DNA from: Azolla caroliniana
Lineage: Eukaryota; Plantae; Polypodiophyta
Assembly (NCBI GenBank): GCA_043228905.1
Contig: JBHGNT010000005.1
Location: 22,382,001-22,446,000, forward strand
Direction of reading: 5' to 3'
DNA length: 64,000 nt
The notes beneath the pieces are model-generated. The model was given only the letters and a program-made list of their open reading frames with translations, was not told where the DNA came from and searched no databases. Positions within the stretch are counted from its first letter, which is position 1, and the number at the start of each line of letters is the position of its first letter. The translations under genes were made by a program, and so were the position numbers. Of this stretch, positions 1 through 12,056 are shown piece by piece.

Positions 1-3000
1 CTGCAACTTGTCCGATCCGAGCGGCTTGGTGAAGATGTCGGCAACTTGCCGATCCGTATGAACATACCGTAGGTCAACTTCACCGCTCAGGACCCGCTCA
101 CGCACGAAGTGGTAGTGCACCTCGATGTGCTTTGTGCGAGCATGGAACACAGGGTTCCTAGCGAGCTGCAGGTTGCTCATGGTATCGCAGTAAATCGGGA
201 TCGGGGTCGGTACCTCGATCCGCAAGTCTCGCAGCAGTCGTCGAAGCCAGATGGCTTCACAAGTGGCAACGGTAGCGGCCCGGTACTCAGCCTCAGTGCT
301 TGACAAAGCCACTGTGGGTTGCTTCTTGCTGCTCCACGCAACGGCCGCGCTACCTATGGAGAACATGTATCCGAAAGTGGAGCGGCGATCAGACGCATCG
401 TCGGCCCAGTCAGCATCTGTGTAACCGACAAGCTCTTCGGGTATACCTCGCCGGTATAGCAGACCCCGGTCCTTAGTGCCGCTAACATACCGTAATATTC
501 GTTGCACGCACTGAAGGTGCTCCACGGTCGGCTTCTGCATGAACTGACTTACCATGCCGACCGGATAGCTGATGTCGGGTCGGGTGATGGTTAAGTAGAT
601 CAAGCTTCCGACAACCTGTCGGAACCGTTTCTCATTGCAGGCCGGTCCGGAGTTGGGACAGAGCTTCTGGTTCCGGTCCAGGGGTGTGGAGACAGGTCGG
701 CAATACGTCATGCCGAACTTATACAACATATTCAACACGTAATGTCGTTGTGAGAGCAATATGCCATCGGGGGTCCGGATCACTTCGATCCCAAGAAAAT
801 AATGAAGGTCCCCCAGGTCCTTCATTTCGAATGCGTCCGACAACTGGGACTTGACGCGGTTGATTTCGGGAAGACCCGGTCCGGTGATGACTAAATCATC
901 CACATACAAGAGTATACATACCGGACCGTCAGAGCTTTGCCGGATGAACAACGAAGAGTCCTACTTAGAGACAGCAAACCCCAGCTTACGCAACCGGTGC
1001 GTGATCTTCGCGTTCCAAGCTCGGGGGGCTTGCTTCAAGCTGTAAAGCGACTTCTTCAGTCGGCATACTGCCGATTTGTTCATCTCCGATTGAAATCCGG
1101 GGGGCTGAGTCATAAAGACTTCTTCTTCAAGCTCTCCTTGAAGGAAGGCGTTCTTCACATCCATCTGGTGAAGATGCCACCCCCTTGCCGCAGCAACCGC
1201 CAGTACCACACGAACCGTCGTCATCTTCGCCACAGGAGCGAAGGTCTCGTCGTAGTCGATGTCGTGGGTCTGCGCGTATCCCTTCGCCACTAACCGGGCT
1301 TTGTACCGGTTAACAAAACCGTCGGCATTGTACTTGATCTTGTACACCCACTTGCATCCGATCGGTTTACAATGACGGGGAGGATCAACTAGGTCCCAAG
1401 TTTCGTTGGCATCGAGTGCCTGCATTTCTTCGTCCATAGCGGCACGCCAATTTGCGTCCTTTGCCGCTTCTACGTAGCTCTCCGGCTCACGCACTTCTGT
1501 CACCTTAGTCATGTACGCATAATGATGCGCCATGTATTCATTGTACCCGTACCGCATGACGGGATCCTTCTGGCGGGTTGATCGGCGCAACGCACCGTCA
1601 CCTTATTTGAGGCCCTTCTTGGCCAGTTCGGTCTTCGTTGCCGAAGATCCACCTTTCTCCTTTCCGGAGTCGGATACGCACCAATCCGACTCATCGTTGC
1701 CGGTTTCGAATTCTGGCATCTTCCTCTTCCCCTTCTCTTTGCGCGTGAATCGTTTCCTCGGTTCCTTGCGCGGGGAGAGCACGGCAGAGTCTCCACCACT
1801 TGCCGTCTCTTCATCCGACTGGTCCAACCAACTCAGTCGCTCGTTCAGTCCACTCAACCGTAACGATTCCGGACTCTCATCTTGAGTCTCGGCTTCATCA
1901 TCCTCTGCCAGGGCTGATTCATGCTCACTGGCCTGATCTTCCGACATTGGGTCGGGATCGGAAGTCGGAGTCAGTACGGAGTACCAAGATGCCGATTCAT
2001 CGAACTCGACATCCCGGCTAACTCGGACTTCCTTCGTCTGGGGGTTATAGCACTTATACCCCTTTTGCTCTTGAGCATAGCCGACTAGGATGCATTTTTC
2101 CGATTTTGCATCCAGCTTTCTCCGCTTCTGATCCGGCACATGCACATACGCTATGTTGCCGAATATCCGAAGGTGTCTTAAGTTCGGCTTGCGCCCGAAA
2201 TACAACTCATGAGCTGACACCTTGTCACCAATGCGGTTTTGTATGTAGACGGCCATCCGGACCGCCTCCGCCCAGTAGAACCGGGGCAGGCTCTTCTCCT
2301 CCAGCATTGCCCTTGCCGCTTCGACGAGTGTCCGGTTCTTCCTTTCGGCCACACCATTTTGCTCCGGTGTGTATCTGCAGCTGAACTCTCGCCGAATTCC
2401 CTTCTGCTGCAGATAACCAGTGAATTGGCCGGAAAAATATTCCTTTCCGCCATCCGACCGAAGGCATTTGATCTTCCTCTCTGATTCCCGTTCCACCATC
2501 TTCTGGAGGCTCCGGAAACAGTCGAAGACTTCGCTCTTCCGCTCAATGAGGTAGATCCAAGTATGTCGAGTATAGTCGTCGATGAAGGAGACGAAGTATC
2601 GGCTCCCGCCAAGGCTTACACTTTGTGCCGGTCCCCACACATCCGAATAGATGAGATCGAGCTTGTTACGGCTCCGGTTCCGTTCGGTGGGGAATGGAAG
2701 CCGGTGTTGCTTCCCAAGTTGGCAGGCTTCACAAATTTCGGCTCTCCGGCCGCTAAACTTCGGCAAACCGAAAACGACTTGTTTCGTTTGCAGGTCTTGA
2801 AGCCTCCGGTAGTTGACGTGGCCTATCCGCTTGTGCCACAGGTCGATGTCCGACTCGACCTTCTGTCGTTTCGCGAACAGAGCGGTGCCAAAGTCATTGG
2901 TGTTGAGGATAAACATCCTCCCGTCTTTGCGCCCTTGCGCAATGACTTCCCCCTCATCCTCAATGAAGCACCCAAGGTGCGTAAACCGCACCTGCATCCC

Positions 3001-4254
3001 CTGGTCGACAATCTGACCGACGGACACCAGGTTCTTCGTGATTGTCGGAACGTGTAATACGTTCATCAGCTTCCCTTTCTGTCCGGCGTGGCTTAGAGGG
3101 ACTTCTCCGACGTGCACGATTGGGTGAGGAGTGTCGTCTCCGGTTTCGACTACTCCTGGTCGATCCGGTTTCTCCAGAAAGGAGAACCACTCTTTGTGGC
3201 TCGTCATGTGGTTCGACGCGCCGGAATCAACATACCACACTTCCTCCGTTTTGGAAGTGGTCTTCTTCATTGAGTTTGCCTTGTGATTCATCACCAAGGC
3301 TGGCCCCTTACCGGCCTTTCCGGTTCCGGATCCTCCTGATCCGTTTGCGTAGTGCGAGTTTTGCCGGCCATCCTTACCGGTCTTGCCGGATCCGGATTTG
3401 TCCGAATCGGCACGCTTTCTCCAGCACTCGCTTTCCCTGTGGCCTTTTTTGCCACAGTACCAGCATTCCGTAGCGGATTTGTCTTGCCGGCCTCCGGCAC
3501 CGCCTTGACTCCCCCTGCTTGTGGAAGTCCCGGAACTACTGTCGGCACGCTCATAGTACCTCCGTTCCTGCTCTTGCAGGCCGCCTCCACTGCGTGCCGA
3601 CCCACCTCTTCCACCACGCCCATGGAGCCGATCTGTTCCCGTGTACAACATTCTGTTGTCCGGGGATGCACTGGTAGATGCACCGGCGTGGTTCTCCTCT
3701 ACAAGGAGCATCGACTGTAAGTCGAAGAATGAGAGGGTATTCTCCCTTGTACACACCGCAGTCCGGAACGCTCCGAACTTGGACGCCAGGCCTCCGAGAC
3801 ATACCTGCACCATCTCGTCTTCCTCTACGGTAACATTGATAGAGGCGAGCGAGTCGCAGATCTCCTTTATCCGACCCGTGTAGTCTGCCACGGACATGTT
3901 CTTTTGTCGAACATTGCTCAACTCCTGTCTGAGTTGCAGCTTCCGGGCAATGGTGCTTGCGGCGAAAACCTTTTTTAGGTTCCCCCAAGCATCCTTCGGT
4001 GTCTTGGCGTCACGGATGTGGCTGAGCAGTTGATCGCCGACACTGGACGCGAAGCAGTACATCACCCTGCTTGCCGCCTATTCCCATACCGGGAAGTCCT
4101 TGTGTGCCGAGTCGGGCGCCGCATCATTCGCTCCTTCGACATAACTCCAGTACCCGTGTCCAAGCAGGTACTGGTGCATCTTGTAAGACCAGGATGCGTA
4201 GTTGCTCCTATCGAGCTTCTCCACCGGGAGCGACGTAGCCATGCCTCTATCCAT
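1..4254 (-). pseudogene. copia A gag-pol polyprotein, one reading frame interrupted by three in-frame stops
   Basis: ATG at 4254 (MDRGMATSLPVEKLDRSNYASW). Zinc knuckle CWYCGKKGHRESEC, protease WYVDSGAS, LWHKRIGH...CEAC, integrase core, RT ([24 protein letters not shown]), RNase H (YTDADWA, KHIEVHYH, ADIFTKPL). In-frame stops at 4078-4080, 1603-1605 and 961-963. Confidence 0.93.
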
Positions 4255-4337
4255 GTCTTCTATTGTGTCTGTTTTCGACCTGTTAGGGTTTTCTTCTCAA
4301 GATTAAATGTCTACAACAGAGGTTCTCAACCCTTGCA

Positions 4338-4348
4338 CTCTGATACCA
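4338..4348 (-). promoter_or_regulatory. primer-binding site (initiator tRNA-Met) of copia A
   Basis: TGGTATCAGAG immediately after the LTR-terminal CA; standard plant tRNA-iMet PBS. Confidence 0.92.
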
Positions 4349-4759
4349 TGAAAACGTGAGTGTTTGCGGAAGCGTAAAACAGAGAACAACACACACACAG
4401 AGACAGAGAGACAGAGAGAGACAGAGAGAGCAGAACGTAATTTCAAAATTATTTTCAGACTCTGTATACACACTGTGCTAAGTAGCACTATTTATACAAG
4501 TCCTCTTGGGACTGACAGAAGTACCATGTACTTCAATGCTCACACGAGCATCTGACACTTACTACAAGACTATAGCTACCTAGTAGTCTATCCTATACTA
4601 GGCTTCCGATTGGACTTCCGGTTACGGATTGCACCCGGCCTCCACTGCTTGCCGGTTCGGTTGCTAACCGTCATATCGATCCGTTTCGCCCGATCCGTCT
4701 CGCTTACCGGCTCCGGCTTATTCAGCCGATCCGGCTCCGGTTGAGCTTGCCGCTCAACA
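4349..4759 (-). repeat. 5' LTR of copia A
   Basis: Starts TG next to the PBS and ends ...CGCTCAACA, the same terminus as the homologous C LTR at 62039. Contains an AG tract and a minus-strand TATA-like TATAAAT. Confidence 0.9.
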
Positions 4760-5860
4760 AGGTCTTTACATGACTTATTCGTCTTCACTTCCCTGTTTTG
4801 TAAGCTTTAACGAGAACTTTCTCTTGTGTGCTTGGTGTCACCTTAGGTCATTCCTTGGGGCTTAAGAAAGAACTAGGGGAATGCTCGTCTGTGGGGGGGA
4901 GCTCTTGTAGTATATCAAATCGATTGGGGCTCATAGGCGATAGAGGATTTTGTGCCGATGATGTTTTCCGAAGGACATGGGTTTTTTCCACCACTCGCCA
5001 TTCCATCACAGCCTTGTCGGGTTGTGGTGGGGGAGGCTTATGATGTCTTATGGTGTCCTGACCTTCCAAAGCCTCCTTTGTAGGATCTTTAATACGTCTT
5101 GTGGGGCAGTTCTTTTTTAAATGACCAAGTTTTTTGCATGCAAAACATTGCCCCGGTGCGCCAATCACTTCTATGCGTTGTTCAATTCGCATTCCATTTT
5201 TCCCGGGAATGAGGATCTTGGAGGGAAGTTTATTGATGTCCTACACCAAGAGGCGGATAGAGGGAAGGCCTAGATGCTTCTTTAGCCTATCTGCTAGCGT
5301 TAGTTCCTCATCCAGCATCATACCAAAGGAGTTGCCAATAGTAGGAACTAACATGTTGTATTCTAAGGATAGTCCAAGAAACAACATTGTTACCTTTTTC
5401 ATGGAATCATCCTGTTGTGCGTCTTTCTCTGGGTTAAAACCATGTGTCCGTTTATGCATGAACAACCCACTCCTCGAATTGCGGGGGGGAGGGGGGGTCA
5501 CTTCTCGAGTTGTGCCCACTCCTCGAACTAGGGGAGGGGAAACCCCAAATGATCGACTCCTCGAACTGGAGGAGAGCGATGCAGCCGCGGCGGGGAGGAG
5601 AGGCGTCTATGTCGAAATGAGCAGTGGGAGGCTTCTAGACCCCCACGTTTGCAGACCTCCTCCATGCATTGTCGCGGTTCAAAACGGCTCTTGCTTCGGC
5701 TCCATTTTCGCTACCTACTGGTGCGGGTCAAACCTCCTGCGTCGCTGCTCCGTTGTGTCGGGCCTCCTGGTGAGACGCCCACACCGCAAATCTCTGTCGG
5801 GGACTGGCGCATGGCTCTGCTGCTCGCTCCTCTCACCGCTCTCTCCCTTCTTCACACTCT
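4760..5860 (-). mobile_element. non-LTR (L1-like LINE) 5' fragment: degenerate ORF1 with CCHC zinc knuckle
   Basis: ORFs 5241-5519 (VPTIGNSFG...GLPSIRLLV) and 4848-5192 (QRIEVIGAPGQCFACKKLGHLKKNCP, SPNRFDILQ) resemble plant LINE ORF1 (DUF4283/zf-CCHC type). GC-rich 5' region; ends at the copia A LTR. Confidence 0.65.
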
Positions 5861-5879
5861 TGGTTAACCCTCACATAGT

Positions 5880-8800
5880 ATCCACGTGTATAGAATACTA
5901 TGGTACTTGTTACCACAGGATATTATATGGTCATGCCCGTAACATAATTCCTCACCCGGTGGTCGCAATCAAGATCCAAAAAATCCCTCATAATCTTCAA
6001 GGAATAGTCCTCGTGTTGATGAGATGGGATTTCTGGTAGGAGGGTTCGATGATTCATTATACATCGATTTTGCAAATTCCTATAAAGTTTTCTCTTGAGC
6101 TTGGAATTTCGAGCCAAAAAATCCAATGCACTCCTTGTTTGCCCACAGAAAATTCAAACAATTTTTCTCCCAAGATAATTGAAAGATAAATCACATTAAA
6201 ATTTTATAAGCGATAACCAGTTCATGAGGATGTGTAAATACAACAAGAAGATTCTCAACTTTGTTACATGGAGTGATCAAGAGTCAAGAGAAAAATAGGT
6301 TATAACACTTAAGTACCAATTAATGTTAGTTGATAATTATGATAGTGTTTACTAATAATTATTATGATTATGAAAACAATCATTGATAGAAATAAAAAAC
6401 AAATAATTAACAAAGGTGAAGATGAATATGGTGTATAGGGAGGAATCGTAACTTATTAATAGAAGTGAGAACAACCAACAAGAAAACAAGAATAATGATA
6501 ATTAAAAATAGTAGGTGGTTCCTCCTCACCTTCTTTGCCTACACAACTTTGTGCAATGATTCTAATCTCCGAAAGGGACGTCAAAGTTCTTACTCAAATG
6601 TTCTTCACGAGAACCACCTAATGGTTTATCCGAGATAGACAATAGTGGGTGTTGGGCACTCTCAAGCTACTTATGTATAAACTAACTACTACACAAGATC
6701 TAGCTTTATTGGCCTAACCACATTCATATGACTTAATTATCACGTGATCACAAGGAGAATTATCCACGGTTCCACATACCCTTTAGAAGAAGGAACCATG
6801 CCGTACAAGGTGTGCAAGGGGAGCCTTCAATGTGAGGCCCTGGAGATGGGATTCATTTTGCATAGGTCAAATCGAGATAATGATGGTGAATAGAGTTAAG
6901 GCGGAGTTATGGAGGGCGAGGAGCTTACATGGACGAAGATGAGGGATAATAGATGAGGCAATGGAAACCAAAAGTTTTATGAGGGGGATATAAGGCCTAT
7001 ATATAGGGAACTTTACATAAAAGAAACTCCAAGAAAAGATATTGCATTGTGCAGGAAATGAGTACATATAGGTGATTACCCTCGTTTTTTTATCAAGGTT
7101 AGGTTCTAACAATCAACTTAAATAAATACTTTGGTGTAGAGTAAAATCACTTCACATTGTCAAAGAAATGTCTATCAAATATTTCTTTGTCCCATATGCA
7201 TGAAACTCCAATCGTTGTAACTTTGCTTGTTGCGGATTACCTTTTATGTTATCCAAAGAACTTATGAGGTTATGCACTTTTTTTGTCCAAATCCAAGTAA
7301 TTGTTTGAGCATGTGTTTGTCACATTTTGGAATATTTTCAAGCACTTGGCCTTCTAAATATACCAAATTGTGATACTACTTGCCAATCATCATATTTCAA
7401 TTTTACAAGGTCGTTATTTGTCTATTCGGGGGTATAGTTGTTTTTTGAATTAGACCATGTCTCGAAGAAAGAGCAGATTCTAAAACATCCTCTAGCTTAT
7501 ATAACATTGGTTGACCTTGTACAATCGCCCATAATATCGCCCGAGTATATGCAATATTTTTCCCTCTTTATTACTTATAATTAAAGACAACTTGTTCTTA
7601 TTGAAAGAGCATGGCATTCCCACATGAGTTGATTCGATGGTGTAAGACATTTTTTACAATATGTTGGTATCATGGCAAAGCAAGGGAGAACAGAAAATAG
7701 AACATCCACGAGGAGGCAAATCAACATATCATCTTGTATGTGAATCCTTCCAAATTAGAAGGGGTCACTGCTAGTTTTGGGCGAAGTCCCAAGAACAGTG
7801 TCAGCGTTCCAGTTGGGTTGGGACATTTGCCGGCCAAGGTAGGGGGGAGCGAGAACTAATTCCGACTAGAATTTCCCAAACACCGAAATCTAGCTGGTTC
7901 ATATTTTTGTAACCGGCTATTTATGCATTTTTAAAAAAGAATAATGTTAAAAAAAACGATTTTCTCTCTTTCCCCCTCTTTCAATGTATTTTTTTCCTGT
8001 TTCCCCCCCTCTGGCCCCACTCTCGAATCTCTCTTTTCCCCGTCTTTCTCCTCTTTTCTTGTGTGTCTGTAATATGTATTACCTCTTCTCAATGTCCTCT
8101 GCCTTTGACTCGAAATGGATGTAACTTTTGATATCAGGCCCTTTGATGACATTAATATTTCGTTCACTTTTATTTCTATCTATCTCACACAATGTCGATA
8201 ACCTGAAACCACCCATGATTGTGATCATAATATATATGCACATATTTGGTATGATGTTGAAGGTATAAAAACCTTGGGAGATGGCAATAATGCTTATGTA
8301 TCTGTAAAATAAAAATTTGAGGATAAAATTTATCTAATAATACACAGGTTGAAATGCTTTCTTATTATCCTATGAGTTTCTGAACAATAAGATCTCACTA
8401 AGTTCACTTAGTTGCTAAACAAATAGAGGTTGAGTTTATAGATTTCACTAAGTTCATACTCTGGATTAGAGTTGAGGTGTTGTATGAGGTCTTCCACAGC
8501 TAATATCCTATGTATTTCCATGAATTTCTTCACACATAGTGCCTTAAAATTATTAAAGGACGGCTCAAGATTTTGATTTAATGGACCGATGGTCCCTAAT
8601 TTAGGTTTATATGCCTCTAGCTTCACTTCAACAATGCTCGGGGAGGCTTCAAAATCTTCCAACTTTCGTTGAACACGGGTGCATCATCAACATCCAGATT
8701 GATCTTCTTCTTCATGTAGTCTCTCCATTCATTTTTGGCGAAGTGGTTTCGTGAGAAAACGGAAAGGAATGTTTGACCCAATAATACGACAACACGGCCA

Positions 8801-9010
8801 AGATGATGATGACGATGATGATGATGAAGGAGATGTCAGAAATTATTACAATTCCAAATAATAAACCTGATCATCCAGCCCCCAACTTCACCAAAGAAGA
8901 AGAAGAAGAAATGGGTACGAATACTAGATTCATCTTCAGTGAACCTGATCATCTTTTCTGTTGGATTCTTCTCGTAGTCTGGAAGCCACATCCATCCCAA
9001 TGTCTTGTCT
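5880..9010 (-). pseudogene. DUF247 (UPF0481) family pseudogene
   Basis: WKILKPP/SIVEVKLEAYKPKLGTIGP (frameshifted, ~8580-8670) matches the DUF247 N-terminal 'IyrVP...AY.P..vsIGP' motif. LPEIP...DYSLKIMRDFL...NYVT (5923-6126) resembles the C-terminal 'L.IP...RNL.A.E...YVT' block. Many stops and frameshifts; boundaries approximate. Confidence 0.55.
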
Positions 9011-9014
9011 TATG

Positions 9015-9053
<39 letters not shown>

Positions 9054-10946
9054 TTGCCTACATGATTAGCAATATGTGTGGAGCCAAGAATCATGCCATT
9101 TCCCATATGAAGCAATTCGATTCTAATTAATCGACTCTTGTATGCTTCTTGATTTTTCGTGGACCCAAGTTATTAGTGTGTCCCTTTTTGTGAACTGAAC
9201 AATGACTGATCACAACACCGATTACAATTATGTGATTAGTTTTACAAAATACATAATTGTGATCACAATTATGCCCAACATATACCTGGAGATTTGATCA
9301 GAATTGGGTCTCAAACCAACATTAATCATTTGAGAAGAAAAGAGCATGAATTGACTCACAAGTCTTTGATTCATATTCCATCTTCCCAGATTATGGTTAT
9401 GTGGCATATAGATCTTATGTTTAAACAATGACTAATAATGTAATCTCAAAGCATGATTATGTGCCATTTTATAGATTTTTCTACTACTAATCATTCATAG
9501 GTTAGTGATATAGATTACTTGTAGTGCAATGTTAATTCTTGAGCTACTTTCAATTTTCTATGATTTTCATATAGGGTGAGGTCACTTATTTTTAATGTTC
9601 AATATTTTTTTTCTTTGTTAACTAACTCATGAGCGAAATCGCATGTACCATTTCTAGAGGGCTGACTCCACAAACTCCAAACCAATTACTCCATAGAATG
9701 TACTCTATCTATGTTGTTACCCCCATCTTGTGCTAAATTGTTTTTTGGTATGTGGTAAAAAAATATAATTAGCATGTTCCGGTTGACATTATCACTCGTA
9801 GGAAAGTGGTCCAGTAAAATTTTTAATTCCCAATTAGGATCATAAGCAGTAGGAAAATTTCCGGTAGGGGTTAAAAACTTTGCCCAACATTGGTCACTGC
9901 TTTGTTAAAAACTCTCTATATGAAATTAATGCACTTACATATGTACTCACCCTTCTCCATGGAGGTTTGAGTATCACTCTTGAATTATCGGGATTGTCTG
10001 ACCAGTCATCATACTTCTCACAATTTACCTTATACATTGACTATGCAAGAAGTAAGTGATATTCATCGATAAACAATCATAAATAGAACAAGAAGACAAT
10101 ACACCAAGAGAGGTAGCAAAGCTACCACAATATTACTCAAATACATTTTTCTCCAAACTCCAAATTATCTCCTTTTATGTTTAGGATTGAAGGGTTCACA
10201 TAAGGTTTATTCAACTAATTGGCGTCTCCACCCAATGTGTACTAGCTACAACACATCTTTTTGTTGAGTCTTAGCACAAACATTAGTTGAGAACACAATC
10301 CCATTTCCACATAACTTCAATGGGTAGGTTGCATGAATTATGGGGTTTGAGTTATGTATATCCAGCAAGAATGATTATCATTAATCCAGTTATCCAAATG
10401 TCATTGATGTAGGTGTGAATCAAATTGAGTTTTGATCATGCATGCGTGGGGTAAAATGGGTGCATTAATTTCACAAAATAGGGTATTCATAATTGTAAAC
10501 TAGGGTTATTTGTGCACATGAAAACCCTTAGCTCATAGGTAGGGAGCCTTGCATATTGAATAAAAGGATGATTATGCATATCAGAGTTGTGATGCATTTG
10601 GCAATATTGTATGTGTGAAAAACAAAAACACCACACTTTTTAAACAAGTGCATTCATTTAGCAATTGCATAAAGAGGAACACAAGCCGGTTGCTAAAACA
10701 AGGGCAATGCATTATCTTTAACCATGATTAGTGTGTAGCTAAAGGAGCAAAGAAGTGGATTGAAGGGAAATTGCATTAGAATTATATAATTTATTACATG
10801 TTACTTGCTACTACATGCCAATGGGGACAAAAGCAAAGAAGTAGAACCCTTGCCATGAATAGGGCGGACGAAAGGTCGTTCCACGATAATTTGTTTATCA
10901 TACGATTATACGAGACACCAAGTTCCCTTTTTTACTTGTAGAGCTA

Positions 10947-12056
10947 CTAATCATCGAAGTTTCCACAAGTAGTTTGATAACCGAAGAGAATGCCAGTGAA
11001 ACTGAGGCGGGACCTAGCAAGGTCGAACTCTACGAACCTTTGTTGTTGTTGGTAAGTGCCCAGGACAGATGGAGCGTTCACACCGGCATCTACGAACGCC
11101 CAACAAAGGACGTCGCCGGCCACATTAACGACTGAGTTCAGGCCGAAGATCTGCCACACAGCGCCGCCTGACAAATTGAGGTCGATCTCGGCCACGCTAG
11201 GGCCGAAGCGCGTGCTCAAGTACTTCGTTCCATTGAAGCAAGTGTCGAAACGGGCAGTGGTCGACAATGGGACAGAAGGTGTGGAGCTGCCGAACCCGAT
11301 GGCCTTCCGGAAGGTGGAGCGCACGCGGAGGTATAGCTTGTGTTCCAAGCGGGTGTAGGCGGTCGTGGCGCTAATGTAGAGCCGGAAGGGGGCTAGATTT
11401 AGAGGTTTCGTGGCGACCACAATGTCCCGGACTGAGATCGAGTAGGGGCCGGACACACGGCTACCCCGTGACGATGATGATGACACGTGGAGGGTCGTGT
11501 GAGAGAAGAGATCGGAGAGGTTCCGGTAATCGCCGGCCGGCCCACCTCTCACAAAATACCCATCCTGGCTTCCCCCTAGGAAAAGGGGCCCATCCGGCAA
11601 GCAATATGCAAAGACCTTACCGGCTCCAGGTAGGCTGCCGGAGATCTGAGCTGGCAATGCCAGGTCACTGCTCCCGAGGGCCGCCTGCCCGGACTCGCCG
11701 CACCGGAATGCCACATGGCGGACCTCGGCTGACACGACCGGAGGCCTGCCGTTGGTTTGGTTGAGACGGAGGGTGTCCTCGAAGTGTCCGTGGCGGCGGT
11801 GGAAAGTGGAGGATCTGGAGGGCTGGAAGGCAGAGGAGGCGCACCGGACGGTGGACACGGGGGCGGTGAAGGTGATGGTCACATTCTGGGGCTGAGGTGG
11901 TGTGCCAAGTGGCAGGCTCGCCGTGTACACATCATCGGCCAGGTGGAGATCGGCGCGCAATGGGGTTGAGGACACGTGCAATGTGGCCATGGAGGAGCAC
12001 ACTATGGAAATGGTGAGCATGACAAGGAAGGTAGAGAAGAAGTTCTTCATAGTCAT
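10947..12056 (-). CDS. secreted A1 aspartic-protease-like protein lacking catalytic aspartates (xylanase/xyloglucanase-inhibitor, XEGIP/EDGP/basic 7S globulin-like)
   Basis: Intact single-exon 369-aa ORF with a signal peptide. YTASLPLGTPPQ, LPAQIS...FAYCLP, FDTCF, WQIFGLNSVV, VLGTYQQQ..FVEFDLARSRL, C-terminal TTCGNF. Both DTG/DSG motifs are replaced (TFTA; ISATT). Confidence 0.9.
   Translation of the reverse strand: MTMKNFFSTFLVMLTISIVCSSMATLHVSSTPLRADLHLADDVYTASLPLGTPPQPQNVTITFTAPVSTVRCASSAFQPSRSSTFHRRHGHFEDTLRLNQTNGRPPVVSAEVRHVAFRCGESGQAALGSSDLALPAQISGSLPGAGKVFAYCLPDGPLFLGGSQDGYFVRGGPAGDYRNLSDLFSHTTLHVSSSSSRGSRVSGPYSISVRDIVVATKPLNLAPFRLYISATTAYTRLEHKLYLRVRSTFRKAIGFGSSTPSVPLSTTARFDTCFNGTKYLSTRFGPSVAEIDLNLSGGAVWQIFGLNSVVNVAGDVLCWAFVDAGVNAPSVLGTYQQQQRFVEFDLARSRLSFTGILFGYQTTCGNFDD

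Larger units (their letters stand above)
1..4759 (-). mobile_element. Ty1/copia LTR retrotransposon A (3' end runs off the left edge of the window)
   Basis: Minus-strand domain order gag-PR-IN-RT-RH. 5' LTR at 4349-4759 (TG...CA), with PBS TGGTATCAGAG directly adjacent. Same family as element C (shared LTR and internal sequence). Confidence 0.97.

Noticed and set aside
1591-1605. programmed read-through between integrase and RT in copia A
   Set aside because: The element has two other nonsense codons and copia B has no stop at the equivalent position; simple decay explains it.
5134-6039. 301-aa plus-strand ORF
   Set aside because: Antisense shadow of the GC-rich LINE ORF1 fragment; no recognisable domain and a non-ATG start.
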